Source: Eledone cirrhosa (lineage: Eukaryota). Taken from it: DNA of 64,000 bases. Below are positions 13,052-27,958 of the stretch, piece by piece. The notes under the pieces were generated by a model. That model worked only from the letters and a program-made list of their open reading frames with translations, did no database searches and was not told where the DNA came from. The translations under genes and the position numbers were made by a program. Numbering within the stretch: position 1 is the first letter of the stretch; each line of letters starts with the position of its first letter. The stretch lies in assembly GCA_964016885.1 (NCBI GenBank), contig OZ024742.1, forward strand, positions 111,290,001 to 111,354,000. The letters run 5' to 3'.

Positions 13052-13270
13052 GAGTGGTGGATTGACAGTATCGATAGATCTTCGGACAACATGCTTCGCA
13101 GCATACAGTCACGGCCCTTTGCGTTCTGAGGTCAAATCCCGCCGAGGTTAGCTTTGCCTTTCAACCTTAGAGCGTCCATACAATCAAGTAGCAGTCACTC
13201 ACTGGAGTCGATTTAATTGACATTCCCCATCCACTAAAAATTGCTGGCCTTTTGCCTAAATCTGAAACCT
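13052..13270 (+). mobile_element. SINE-A, older and longer variant
   Basis: GGTGGATTGACAGTATCG...TCAAATCCCGCCGAGG...TTGCTGGCCTTTTGCCTAAA. Confidence 0.8.
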
Positions 13271-14184
13271 TATATTAGGAGAGGGATTGAGAGTATCAGT
13301 AGGGCATCTAAATATATTTTGCAATATTTAATCACGTATGTTTAATCACGTTAGTTTAAACCTCTGGACAACAGCATTGTCAGTCACGTTGTAGTGTCCA
13401 TGCAATAAATTCTGACGAACGTTTTTCGTTATAATCAGCTATCGCGTTACCCAAGGTTTAAGGCTTATGATACTATTAGAAATTATTATTGTACATTCAT
13501 ATCTAAACACTATTTATTGATTGCTGGATTAATATATACGTGTGTTATAATTCGGGCCATATTGTTTTTCTCATGGTCAGTTGTCAACAACAATATCTAT
13601 GCTCAAATTCGAAGATCTTTCATCTGCTACCGTAGTGTTGCTTCTCATGGACTCTATATTAATGAGTTTCATTAAGACGATACAGACGGATATGAAAGTG
13701 ATTAATTTACTATTTCTAGCCAGCCAAGTGACTAAGTAAACGTTTGACTATATAATATGTAGTATATTTGTTTATATTTAGACACGTCTACAATCTCTTT
13801 GAGCGTTTGTTTTGTGTTTGCAAATATTAAATTTCCACAAATCTCCAACAACAAATTCAATTCCACATGATTTCAAATTTGTCATTCACAAAAGATTTTT
13901 CATTACTGTTCGATGAGAGTATTTGTGTATTAATTATATATTTGTGGGAATTGAAATCTGGCATTTTTGTGTTGAAGTGCTTTAATATTGTATCTGCATA
14001 AATAGTTTTCTTCTGACCTACATAAGATATATTAGTGGTTGCGTTATTGATTAGTATTTATATATTAAATATATCCTGGTATTTAATTGCGTTCACGATT
14101 TCTATAAAAAACATACCAATGATTTTCACATTAATGTAGACATCGTTATTCATTTAAATAACCCTTTCTCTAGTGGTAAATAAC

Positions 14185-14398
14185 GGTTTCTGATTCGGAC
14201 ACAAGGCCAACAATTTCTGAATAGAGTACAGTTGATTAAATCGATCTAAGTACGTTACTAGTGCTTCTATCGACCTCGCAAGGATCAAAGGCAAAGCAAA
14301 CCTCGTCGAGATTTGAACTCAGAACGCAAAAGGGCCTGGTTATATACCGCAAAGCATGTTGTCCGCCGAATTAACCGATAATGCCAATCTTCCGCCCT
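14185..14398 (-). mobile_element. SINE-A, older and longer variant
   Basis: Reverse complement homologous to 13052-13270. Confidence 0.8.
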
Positions 14399-15740
14399 TC
14401 TTGTGGCGAAGACTATTAATGTTTTTGTAGTCAGTCTCAACAGAACATTTATGCAACTTAATAATTTAGATTTGGTGGACTGTTGCAACACTCCGTTTGG
14501 GTTTCAGCCGCGAATACCAAGTGCAATTTCTGAAGATTTACTATGATGCTATGTTGCTATTTCTGTTGCTAATAATGACCACTTATACAGAAACACGTGT
14601 TTAAATATAGAGGATGATTATAGATAATTACATTGAAACTTTATCGATCATAAATCGATAAAGTATAACATTGACCTCAGCAAGATTTGAACACAAAGCC
14701 TACGAGATTATAACTAAACACTACAGAGAAATTTATCCCCAAATATAACGGTTTTGTGTTAAAATCTTATTTTGTTTTCGACCTCAGATTTTAAATATAC
14801 ATCGTCAGTAATCCACATGATTCAGTTTAATAAATGTTGTCCCATTCCGGAAGATATAGAATTACAGAGTTATATGGATTATTAAGAATTATTGCTAGAA
14901 TATATAATGATAAAACTGCGCAATTTGCTTTTCTCTGCGTTAGAATCTATATTGCTTGGCCGAAATGTATTTCATTATTCCAGAAATTGCTGGAGATATA
15001 ACGTGTACTATTTTAAATATATATCAAATCCAATATATTATAACCAACTCTGCGAGTAATTATATTTATAGATTTAAAATTCCCGTATACTTATTGAATA
15101 ATATTACCTCTATATTCTACATAGAAGTAGTGTATATTTAGTGACATGTATTCATTTTCCTAAATTATCATTTATTTATTATTCAGTCATAGAGGAATGG
15201 AGATTTGAAGGGCCTCCGATATTACTGAGAAGCAGGGAGGACGGAATGTATACTCAAACCGGAAACCTGCCGCAAAATATTGCAACATAGGTTAAAAATA
15301 TCCAAACAGCCAGTTTAAGGCGTTAAACTGGGCGATGGGGTAGTACCTACTGTACAAAATATGTAAGAATACATAATTGTTAGCTGATATAATACACATA
15401 GTCAGTGTAATAAGAATGAACACACCCGCTCCCTGCTTCGATTTAAACATACAATTGATGTGATCCGGAAATAATGCATTGTTTTTGTTCTAGAAACGTA
15501 TAAGCGCTATAGTATGTGTATGTGTATATAGTATATATACACACACTTACACACACACATATATATATATGCATATATAGTATATATATATATATATATA
15601 TGTGTGTGTATAATATATATACACACACACATATATATATATATACAATTTATTAGATTGTCTATTGTAGAGAAATCATCAAGATGAATTATATACCAAG
15701 ATGGTCTTTAAAGAAACACCATTTATATTTTGTATATAAT

Positions 15741-15812
15741 TGATGCTGATGAATTCTCAACAAGGGTATTGAAAATATTATTTATTAGGAAATGAAACAT
15801 ACGTAAATGAAA
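15741..15812 (+). ncRNA. Degenerate hammerhead-like motif in a TA-flanked insert
   Basis: CTGATGA at 15746 and GAAAC-ATAC-GTA at 15794-15805. Stems I and II are poorly paired. Confidence 0.35.
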
Positions 15813-16020
15813 TAAATAATGTTTTAATTGTTGAATCGTGGGGATCTATTTTTATTTTAATATATGGTTTCAGATTATAAATCTGAGATGACCGAAAGTT
15901 TACTATCCGGATTTACCTCTGAAATACCTTTCGTTAATCTGGATGCTAAATAAACTACACCCGAGCTTTTGTTGCATTATCAACTTATAGAATTATGTAT
16001 AGAATTAACATACACACACT

Positions 16021-16076
<56 letters not shown>

Positions 16077-16078
<2 letters not shown>

Positions 16079-16201
16079 AAAATGTATGACCCCGACGGCA
16101 GAGCTCAAGCCGTTTCGACGGCTATTTAAAAATAGCCGTTGAAATGGCTTGAGTACTCTGGTGCGTTATGGTCCACCTGGATTCTTACCACAACTCCTTC
16201 G

Positions 16202-16204
<3 letters not shown>
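16077..16204. mobile_element. Family C fold-back element in (TA)n
   Basis: Inverted repeat 16104-16127 / 16130-16153. Terminus GGTCCACCTGG...TTCGTTA is shared with 36691-36824, 36991-37190 and 53812-53865. Confidence 0.8.
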
Positions 16205-16271
<67 letters not shown>

Positions 16272-17613
16272 ATTGATTGTTTGAACGAAAATGATATTAG
16301 ATAAAAAACGTCTAAGGAGATATTTTATATTATTTGAAATTAAATTTCATTTATTCATAAATTTGAAATATGTTCCTTATTGTTGATAGAATTTTACTTT
16401 TAGAAAACATAAACTAAAGTCATGTCCCTAATACAGAAATCGTGACATTCATGTAATTGATCGACAGTTAGAGATTAAATTATGGCACCTAAGTCTCAGT
16501 TTACAGTGGATATGTGACTTTGTAAATGATGTAGAATAAAACTAATCACAGAATTCAATAGAGAAATACAGTGTTATAGCTAAAAGCGATGCTGCATAGA
16601 ATGAAGGAATAATGGGTAATTCTATGAATAGACACGTTCTTCGTTGTTTGGGTAGCCCTAAAAATAGAATGAAAAACGATGTCTTCATTCATTTTATTTA
16701 TATTCCATTCATGCACATGTTCACGACTAATTTACTGAACACTTTCAGTTCAACTTAAAATAATCTTTTGCCTTCGAGAACATACAGAACATGGTGCAGT
16801 AAAATACGTTGCATGTAATATTAAATATATTACACTATATTTGCTTTTATTCAACTCAATTAATTAAAAATGTTGGTTGAATAATTTCGACCTAAATTTA
16901 TTGCATTAAACAACAAAACATTTAGACAAATGGGTCAACAAAAGTACATTTCAGCTAGTCAAATAATGTGAATATCACTGAAATAAGATTAATTCTATGT
17001 TTAGTACTATCATTGACTATTTTTCTAACACTCTGGCACTTACTCTCTTCTCTTCATCCCCAGCATCTCTCTCTTTCACACACTTATTTTCTCTGTCTAT
17101 AAGTCCATAGTATATGTAAATATATGTAGTATGTATTTAGTTCGCTCACGAGTCACAATGCAAAAAATTGATGTGTTACGTTGACTCTGTACTTCCTTGT
17201 TACGTCTTAAAATAATAATACGATAGAAAATTAAACTTGATGAGATTACAAATTAGAACGAACTCGGCGAGGGTGGTAGTATACTTAGTAGAATGCAAAG
17301 CATTCAGTATATTTTAAAAATTAATATTTCGGCAATGAGATTTATGGTGACCAAATTCTCCACACGGTAGTGTTTCTACAATTTTATAGTGTAGTATTTT
17401 ATTGTAACATGTAAGAACATACTCTACATAATTTTCAATGCTATGTTATTCGTATCGAAAATATACGTTCCGTATTTGTATACGATTGCGGACCCTTTCC
17501 ATATTGTATTGTGAAAATATTTACGAATTTGCATTAATGATGGTTTGAAAATAATTTATCAATATTACATAATTGTGGCTGTATACTGTTGTGTATTCAT
17601 TATATGTTCAGAA

Positions 17614-17799
17614 GGGTGGTGGATTGGCAGTATCGGTAGAGGGTCGGACGCCATGCTTTCCAGCATAGTTACGTCCCTTTATGATCTGAGTTCAAATCCC
17701 GCCGAGGTTGACTTTGCCTTTCATCCTTACGGGGTCGATAAAATAAAGTACCAGTAATGCACTGGGTAATTTGCTGGCCTTGTGCCTAAAGTAGAAACA
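17614..17799 (+). mobile_element. SINE-A, full length, young
   Basis: Pol III-like boxes TGGCAGTATCGG and GTTCAAATCC. Perfect 15-bp TSD ATTATATGTTCAGAA at 17599 and 17800. Confidence 0.92.
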
Positions 17800-19039
17800 A
17801 TTATATGTTCAGAAAATTTCCGTTAATCATCTTGCTAAAATTAGCGAGCTACTTCCTCTCTCAAATTACAAAGTTACTCTGAAACAGGATGCAATAAATT
17901 ACGTAATTTGGTAGACGTTATATCTGAAACGGAATCTGGAATAGTCAGGGTATTGTTGTACTCCTCATATAACCTTAACAAGGAAAAAGAGAGCAGCAAG
18001 TATATTTATCACCTTGTATGCCCCACTCTGCTTGTTGGCGGCCATCCAATGTCCTCTTGAAAATGGGAGTATAAAATATATATAGTCACAGATACATTAT
18101 TTCTGAACAAAAGTCGTTGTGGTCTTGGCTGGTAACATTTTGAAGATATTTTCACTTGACGAATGCTGACCGTGTGATGAAGATAACGATGCCTGTGTGG
18201 TACGATGCATCTGTGACAAAGTTTACGACGACCATCACAGGTTGAGATTTGATCAAACATCTAGGAGGCTCTCTATCTGTATTAATTCTGGTGTATTTCA
18301 GAGTTATTTTATGTCTTTTACACACATTCTTTCCGAAATACTAAAAGTATAAGAAGTGTTTTTTATACATATTCCTATCTTCATTTTATTCATACTCCTA
18401 GAACAACATGGCTTTAGAATTAGGTTTTTTTAATATTGGTATATACATTTATAACATCACATTTGAAATACAAACACCATCCATAATTCAATTTTGTTGA
18501 CAGTCAACTTTGCTGTTACGTATAAGAGCGGTTAACGTTCTGTTATATTTTAATCAATTTTTACTGCTTCATTTTTTAAAAGAATAGTTAATGGAAATAT
18601 ATTCTGGTTCTGAAGAAAAAGGAAAATAACATTGAAGTTAGATAAAATGCAACAAATAAACTAAAAACAGAAACGTCGACAAACAGAAGAAACACACGTC
18701 ATCAACATGTTTACTTGACACTTTATCCGCGTAGGTGTTCACGAAAATGATGTAGATATTCATGCCTCTCGTATTTAACAGATGCTTGAGATAGTTATTT
18801 CACTAGAATACACATAATAAAAGCGATGAACGCAGGAAGAGATAACGCGTATGAAAGCTATGTAAACGACAAACTACCATTGATACTTATCTATTCATCA
18901 TGGGTTTTAGCTTTACTCTCTCCTCACACTATAAACAATAACAAATTCAAACTTGCAACACATGAAAATAATGAACACAAACAGACGAACATACATACAA
19001 AATTAGACGGAGACACAAACATAAATTATATATATATAT

Positions 19040-19093
<54 letters not shown>

Positions 19094-19099
19094 CTATGA

Positions 19100-19575
19100 T
19101 GGCTGCAACTCGATTTCGAGTAATGCTAACGTTTCATATTTATGCATGGGTGGCACAGACGTGGCTTTTAGTCCTGCTATGGACTTACAAAATCTTGCAC
19201 AAATGTTGCAACAATGAGGGCCCTGTCGCAGGAGGTGTTACGGTCCTAGTTTGGTGCACTTTCAAATGACGTTTCAGTTCACCAACATTTTATTGTCCAC
19301 ACTCCACACAACCAGAAATGCTATACAATGCACAATTGACTGTCCCTGTGTACGTGGCTTCTCCGATGAATTCCAAGGCCCGGCCTAATCAGACATAACC
19401 GGCCATATTCTTTGCAGCTTAAATTAACCTGCATGCTAAAAGCAACTACAAGCAGACTGTTTGAGCTTGTCATGCCAAACACGGTTTCTTTCAAAACTGT
19501 CAAAGTCCACCTCGCTGGCCTATTACCCTTGAACTCTGTGTCTTTTGTGTGTATTTTTATTTTAATAAATAAAGT
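19100..19575 (+). mobile_element. Decayed CR1/L2-like LINE 3' end
   Basis: GC-richer island with HRR...YK and SFKTVKVHL remnants, ending in AATAAATAAA. Confidence 0.45.
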
Positions 19576-19889
19576 TTTCAATTTATCCCTTAAAAAAATT
19601 GTTTTTCGATTTTCCTTGTTCCCGTCTAATATATTACAAGTGATTATAGTAGTTATTTAAATGGACACAGAAATTAAAGTATGGATTTAAGTTGTTAACC
19701 TTGGACTTTGAAAAACGACAAACCCTCCATCTCAATTCTACTTTTGAAAAGTACAAGAACTTTGAAACGCGTAAAGGAACCGAATAAATATTTTTAAAAA
19801 AGACTCCAGTTGCATTTTCGATTTCATATTTGTTCCTTATACTCGTCTAGGACACCTCGTTCTTTTTTCATTTTGTAAAATAGCCTCAC

Positions 19890-20017
<128 letters not shown>

Positions 20018-20113
20018 CTGACTTGATAAGCACGTGCTTCTCCTAAAAAAAATATTTCCGTTCTTTCCTCTTCTCACTCACCATCCTTCTATTTCATCTT
20101 TTATTTTTAAACC

Positions 20114-20150
20114 TATCCTCTGATGAAGGGCTACTCTCCAAAACATAGAG
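20114..20150 (+). ncRNA. Degenerate hammerhead-like motif in a microsatellite-flanked insert
   Basis: CTGATGA-AGGGCTACTCTCC-AAAAC-ATA. G12 is lost. Sits in an insert of about 220 bp between (TA)n and (CA)n. Confidence 0.3.
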
Positions 20151-20370
20151 ACACTTTTCCTATGACAGCAAACGTTAATCTACTATATTTCCTCATTGTA
20201 GTGTGTTTTTACTGTCTTGTTTTCGTGTACATTTTGCACACACACACAAACACACACATAGATACACACACACACACACACACACGCACATATATACATA
20301 TATATATATATATATATAAGTAGGCCGAATTTACTTGCAAAACGCCAGAGATTCGATTTTACTGATTTCC

Positions 20371-20420
<50 letters not shown>

Positions 20421-22076
20421 TATGTCTGAGATCAAAATAATTAAAAACAATCATAATCGCGTTCATATTTTGTGACTACAACACGCACATATATTTATAG
20501 TTAACTATCTCACATTTGATCTCAATATGCATGACGATTTGATATCTTATTTAATGACTGTTTTATATTTAATGTCTTATTGCTTTCATCTTGGTACGTT
20601 CTCCTTTGTTCTGCTAGCTTGCGAACTATCCCCTAATCACATGAATTTAAATTATTTTTAAAATTATCAAATTTAATCATACAGTTTAATTATGTACATT
20701 TCACTCATTAGTAACTTCAGAGAATTTATTAGCACGTAAGTCGTTTATTAATATCGCGTGATTCTATTGTATTATCACGACTGTGATTCTACAACATCTT
20801 TACTGACTTGACTTGAGGTGATTACGATTGAAATATCATTATAAATGAATACAACGTTTCGTGGTGCCAAATTACACAAGAACAACGACAACAACAGCAA
20901 GAATTTTTCTTTCTTAAAACATACCAATACTACGCATTAAAAAATTAAACTTGAACAAAGGTTAAATCAGTGCACCTAAAAACTTTGGACACTATTGATA
21001 TTTATTTGTTTAGCCGAGATCTTCAATTTGGGAAGGTTAAATAAGTGCGCTTGATAGTGTGCCGTTGCATATTGCGTTTTGGCTGGCAGTTTTATCTAGA
21101 AAAATATCACATTCAATTGCATGTAAGAGGTACATTTCATCGAATGGGACATCGAATGAATGATCCACGTATTTTCATTTTAGAGCGTTTTTATTGAGTT
21201 CATGATTTTTGTGTTACTCCATTAGTAATACTGTTACATTTACTAAAGGAGTTTCCAAATATTTAATAATTATAATTTTATCCTATTAATTATTCCTATC
21301 AATCATAAACTGTTTAATGTAAGACATAGGTTTACTTCCGTGGGCATATAATATGTTGTTCCGTTACATCGCGCCTACCGATATTTATTTCATATATATA
21401 CCAATAGAATCCTGTTCATGATTGAATCACGGTTTTTTACATGCATACATATGCTTTTGTTTTTTTTAAATATTGTTGCTGTTGTTTTTTAGTCAATCAT
21501 GTTCGAGCAGACCTATGAATAAATGCCTTCCAGCCATGAATATCTATTTTTTTCAATATTCACAGAAGAAACATGTTTTTAAGACACTAGGGTAAGATTT
21601 GAAGCTGATGTAGCTTCTATTTCTAGCAGGATGCTGGAAGGTGTAAGGTGACCTGCGTTAAAATCTGTTTTTACTGTTAATTAATCCCTTATAATTTAAG
21701 ATCAGACTGGTTTATTTAAGATATTTCAGCGCTGGAACTTTTCAATAAAGCTGGCTTTATCTAACATTTTACCTTAGTTTTAAGATAGTATAAGTACTAT
21801 AAGAAATATAAGATTATCCATTATGTCATTTGGTTACGAGAAAAAAAAAATCTGTCACTCACACATGCACGCACAAATTAAATTTCATAGAATATGTTTT
21901 TAACCTTAAGCCATTCGTGATCAGGAATAAAAGCAGACACGAATTTACGCATTTCAGCGATTAAAAAAAAAATATATTTTTTAATAAAGTGAATGGTAAA
22001 ACCCTGGTCTATGAGGTAGTATTATTATTTATTTATTTCGTTTGATTAGCTTTAATTTCACTCTGTTTACATATTG

Positions 22077-22272
22077 ATTTCTAATTTAGGCACAAGGTCA
22101 ACAAATCAGGGGAAAGACAAAGTAGCTTAAATCAACCCCAGTAACTCACTCCAGAAGGTTGAAAAGCCAAATTGATCTGGGAGGGATTTTTGTCTCAGAA
22201 TGTAAAGAGCCAGAACAAATACCGCAATGGTATATTAACCAACGCTACAAATTCTGCTAATTCACCACCCTT
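22077..22272 (-). mobile_element. Decayed SINE-A variant
   Basis: TTTCTAATTTAGGCACAAGG...CTCAGAATGTAAAGAG...AATTCACCACCC. Confidence 0.65.
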
Positions 22273-25200
22273 ATAGACCCTGTATATTGAAATATAAAAT
22301 GGAATATCATTGCGTGCTTCATTTAATGGAGCGTTATGACGTTTGCCAGTGCTATCACGAGGAACGTTTCCCGTGATCATGTTAATGGTATAGCTGCATT
22401 GAGAATTGTTACGATGTTTTGTACCGTAATGCTTATTTTGTTCATGTCTTTTCTTGAACGATTTAAAAAACATGGATAAGTTTCTATCTATATACACACA
22501 CACACACACACACAAAAACATACACACACAGACGCACACTCACACATTCACGTTCATAGAAACGTTTGTGTTTATGTTTATGTTTGTGCCTAATCTTTTG
22601 TGTATTCATATAACTGTTCCCATGTGGCCAATTGGTAGCGTCTTTGGAACATCGGATGGAATAGCTTGCGCTCTGAGTATAAAACCTTACCTCACAGGAT
22701 TTTGAGATTGATAAAATAGCACCACTCCAATACGGCGGTTATGTTTCCTCTCTATCTCTTCCTCACTTCCTCTCTATCATTATATCTTCCACCCTGGAAA
22801 AAATATGCTACGTTTCGGAAGAGAGATGTGCTCCGCAGGTTTTAAATGTCAAAATCCTGCCGTACGTCTCTACAGTGCCCCTACAACTTCACCAGGAGTA
22901 ACAGGTCCATGCAACAAACATACATACATGCGTGTACAATATTTGTGATCGAATGGACGTGTAAGAAAATAAGAAAATAAATAAGGAATATATATTCAAT
23001 ACCGTTATAGTAGTCGCGTTCAATACGAGCTGATTTCCTCGAAGGTTTTACCTATTACGGCTAAACCCGATGATACTGTTTACGTCTTAATGTATAGCAG
23101 TGTTAACTCCTCAGACATATGTTGAGGAAGGGGTTGTCTGCTGTAGTTTAAATATTAGAGCTCATGATAATTGATGTACATTTCTATGGTAACATCTACG
23201 GTCACTGTCCTATCATATATTTGAATTTTTTTTATTCTAAAATGTATAACAACATATACATCATTGTAAGAGGCATTTCGAAACACTACGTATGTAGTCA
23301 TATATAGGGATGCGTGTAATCTACTATATTATATTTTATTTTGTCGTACAATGTATAGACATGACATTTCTACATGCTGGAGTTTATCAGTGATGAAGAA
23401 GCTATGATTCATACAAAAATTACATTTCGTACTATACAATGCACAGGGAATGCATGGATATTTTACGCGGCTTTATATGTTATGCACCGACATCGACCTC
23501 TCTTCAAATGTGGAAGGGGTCTGTATTTTAGTATACACCGTGTATTCGCTACACGCCATTTCCGCTTGAGTGTACAATGGATGGGTACATGGTGCAGTGT
23601 ATAAGGCGAAAAGGGAACATGAATGTCCTTAATCGTTCTCTAATGATTGTAGGTAGCAAGCACCTACAATATGACTTTATTTTTGTTTCTAGAGTGATGT
23701 GGACATTAAATGAGGAGTTTAAAAAGACAATAAGGAAATCACAACAAAAACAAGCTATACGAATACGCATAAAATTTACTTAGTTTCACGCATTCGAAAG
23801 CTTATTATTTAGAGTACTAAATAATAAGCTTTCGAAAGCTTATTATTTAGGATGGTAGATTAATAGTTTCAGTAGAGCGTCAAACACCATGCTTGGAAGC
23901 ATATAATTCATTAAAAATGAAGCTGTAGCAGCCTAACTGATTTTGTGCTACCTTGTATAGTCTCTATCTCTAGATCACAGGGAGACGATCTTAAGAGAAA
24001 AAACTCAATGTTTCAGTAGCACTCTATTTAATTAGTTACACCACAGAGTAAATCCTGTTATGGTTTATCGTATTTGTCACTTGGTTATTATTAATTTTGT
24101 TGAAAGGAAACTATACAGGAATTAATATATCAGATATATTTTAGAGGGTGACAAGCAATACTATGCTTCGTCTATTGCCTAGTGGTAGCTTAATTTATAA
24201 TTAAACTAACAATTAACCAGTAATTTAAATATTCATAGGAACGGATTAATTATGTGTGCTTGTGAGTGTGTGTAGGTATCTTTTGTTTCTCAACTCGTCT
24301 TGCATCATAGCAATCATGATTGATCTCACATATCTTCAAAAATACTATCTTTATAGTTGGTTCGTTTTCTTGTTCAAACATATAGATAGTTCGTCGATGG
24401 CGTATATAGCTCAATGGGGGAACTTTATATATAGATTCCTGATCACTTTATATGATGGTGGATTATCAGAATCCTTAGAGGTTTGTATAATATCTCTTGC
24501 GGGAGTTTTTGCTTTTCAAATATCACCTATGTCAAATTTACCTATATCCATTTGTATTAGATTCCTATTTCTTCCATTTGTCTGCCCACTCTTTCTCTGT
24601 CTAACGTTCTCTTTGTTTGTCTGACCGCCTCTCTCACTCAATCTCTCTCTCTGTATATCTTTGTGACTCGCTATCTCTCATTCAGTCTTTCTCTGACTCA
24701 TTCCGCCTGTCTTTTACTGTGTTATTTTCCCGTTCGATACTCCCAGTTTACCTCTCACCCAGGCTTTCTGTTGTGCTATCACTTTCCCTCGATTCTTTTG
24801 TGTCGGTCTGTATCACACCGTTATCTTCTATCACTTACCTGTAATTCAAAGCACCAAATCTTATCCATTCTCACGCTGAATCCCCCTAAGATTTAGGTTA
24901 CAGGTGGACCTTTTCCTCGAATACTGAAACACTGACAGATTAATTTCATTAGCAGAATTTCAGATGATTGAACACTTGAGTATGCGACGAAAGAACCACG
25001 AAACATTAACTCAACTGAATAATATCACTTTCTAATTTTAGAATATTTCTGACATCGGGTCAATGCAACAAAATATATAGATTTTTCTGAAAACGTGGAA
25101 AAGCATGGAAGAAACCAGATCTATATAATTGTTGTTTTATGTTAAAAATACAAAACTCCTGGCATTTCTTCTAGGGGAAGACCCCTAGATATTTCACATA

Positions 25201-26218
25201 ACGTTCAGCTTATGTTGTTCGAAATTATGCTGCAGGAACACAAACTAACATGGCTTCTGTAAGAATCCAATTATATAGTAATATGTTTTCGAAAATAGGG
25301 TATTAAGAGGATATAAATGCTTGTCCGTAGACAACAACGAGAAACAAATAAACACTTACTTAACTGGTTAACCTCACCTGGTGATATTAGCTAGACAGAC
25401 GTGCTGTTTCCGTCTTTTTGTCTCTTCAACAAGTAGTACATTGCTATTTTGATATTTGCTCCACGGTGTTTGTTCAACGTGTGTTATTTCCACTAAGGCA
25501 CTACTGGCTTACTTATATATCATCTTCATATCACTCATGCTTTCTCTATTACTTGCACTGACCAATATCCCCGGACTCTACAGGCCGGAACATCTCTCCC
25601 ACACTTAAGTATTTCCGAAAGAAGTGTGTATACAGCATCCTAAATCTCGTTGATCGCGAGAAGGTCATGGTCAATGGTCATCGAAGCATACCTTCCAAAA
25701 GTATTCCTCTGTTCTATCTAACAATTAAATAAGTGAAATCTTAAATGATATAACAATCAAAGTGAATTTAAATATATTTTATAAATTAAATGGTTTTATC
25801 AAATCACAGGACAGTATGTCAATCATTAAAATATTCCCTCATATGTTGTATTATATTTGTTTGATTTTATAAAAGTGTAGTAAACTAATTAGGGTTTCCT
25901 AATTATTTCAGAGATATAGGTATAATTTTGTTAAATGTGAAGTGGAATTTTCTTTTTCTTCTAATCTTTCTAGAATCATACACAACCCTGTATAAAGTAG
26001 ATATAAAACTTGTAATAAGAGCTCTTATTCCATATATTTTTGATTACGTATGTTTTTATACTATTATTTACCATTTACAAATATCTATTTAGAAATTAAT
26101 CGATAATCTCATTGAATGAATTTAAAAGATTTGAAGTTTGAATAGAATTAATTTGGTCAACATAATAGTCCTTAATAAACATAAGTATGTATGCACACAT
26201 ACGCATACATATATATCC

Positions 26219-26285
<67 letters not shown>

Positions 26286-26411
26286 TGTACATATATATAT
26301 ATATTTGTGTATGTGTGTGTATGTGTATTTATATTATATATAGAGAGTTAAAGAGAGAAAGAGAGAGTGAATGAGATGGTGAGACACACACACAAACATC
26401 ACACACACACA

Positions 26412-26481
<70 letters not shown>

Positions 26482-27171
26482 ATGTATATATATTTATGTA
26501 TATATATATATATACAAGCGTATATATGGATATATATATATATGTATACACATACAATTATGGATGTTTACGCGTTGTGTATTTGTGTGTGTGAGAGAGA
26601 GATATTGAGAGCGAAAGAGAGCAAGAGAGAAGTCGGGGAGCTGAATTTTCGAACAATAATATTTATTCGCAGCTGATCATATGCCATTACCAAAACTGTA
26701 TTCACATATTCAAATTTATTATGTATGGAACTTATATGTAAAGTGTAATATATATATAATTTGTATCTTTTATATTATATATATTTTGTAGTTTTTCTGT
26801 GCCTGTCATTAAATAGTAGTCAACATATATACCTCTGTCAGTACCAGTCAATTTTATATTTACTGATGTAATATTGGTTTTAATGAATTATTATGTAGAA
26901 ATATGGATTTCAATGTTTCATCTGTTAATCCTTAAATAATCCTGGAGCTACTGTTCTATAGATTTCTAGGCATCTTGAATATAAACATTGAAGTAGGAGA
27001 CTATACTTTTGTCGTGTCACATTTTTTTTTAAATACAAGAACCTCAGATAATGTGAACGAAAATAGTCTGTTTCTAGTGTATAACAACTAGACGCTACTA
27101 TATGTATTGCGTGCTTTCCATTCGACATTTTACTTACTCACAGACACACTCACACACAGACACCCACAGAC

Positions 27172-27206
<35 letters not shown>

Positions 27207-27774
27207 CATACATATATTTATCATAAAAATCGGTTTAAGACTTACGAATACATTTAAACACATATTTAAATTATTCGAAGAAGATTATTCGTGTCGGTAA
27301 AAAACATAACTCCTGCATCATTCGTATGAATTCTTGAAGGATCTAGCTCTATAAAGTGACTAATTCTATATAGCAAAAATAGAATATTCAAAGAAGGGGA
27401 AGAAAAATGGGGCATAATATTGATAAGCCTAAATACGCTTTAGTACTCGATTTGATCATCAATACTTCTAACAGAAACATCTCCGATACTTTAAATTGCA
27501 TGATTCTAAAGAGAACACATTGGCTTTAATTTGTTTTAAAAAATGATCATACAACCGAACGCCAGAGTTTGCAAATTTCTCTATATCACCTTTGTAATTC
27601 TCCCGTTTAATTTATTGGTAAACACGTATAGAATAATCAAATCTACTAATAATGTTATTGTTTTGATCTGGAAGCAGATTCTAGATACGGTATGTCAAAG
27701 TATGATTTTTTGGTTGTGATGAATATCCCTTTCTTATGGATGTTATAAAATTCCCTAACAATATTTTACAAATA

Positions 27775-27958
27775 ATTGTTTCTACTTTTGGCACAAGGTC
27801 AGTAATTAAACAGTACATTACTGGTACTTTATTTTATCGACCCCGTAAGGATGAAAGTCAAAGTTAACCTCGGCGGGATTTGAACTCAGAACGTAAAGGG
27901 ACGTAACTATGCTGGAAAGCATGTCCGACCCTCTACCGATACTGCCAATTCACCGCCC
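27775..27958 (-). mobile_element. SINE-A, full length
   Basis: Reverse complement of 17614-17799. TSD TTACAAATA at 27766 and 27959. Confidence 0.9.

Noticed and set aside
18013-18055. Possible 43-nt minus-strand exon (ttttcaag...AAG/gtgata)
   Set aside because: Splice-like ends occur by chance. No recognisable peptide or neighbouring exons; RNA-seq would be needed.
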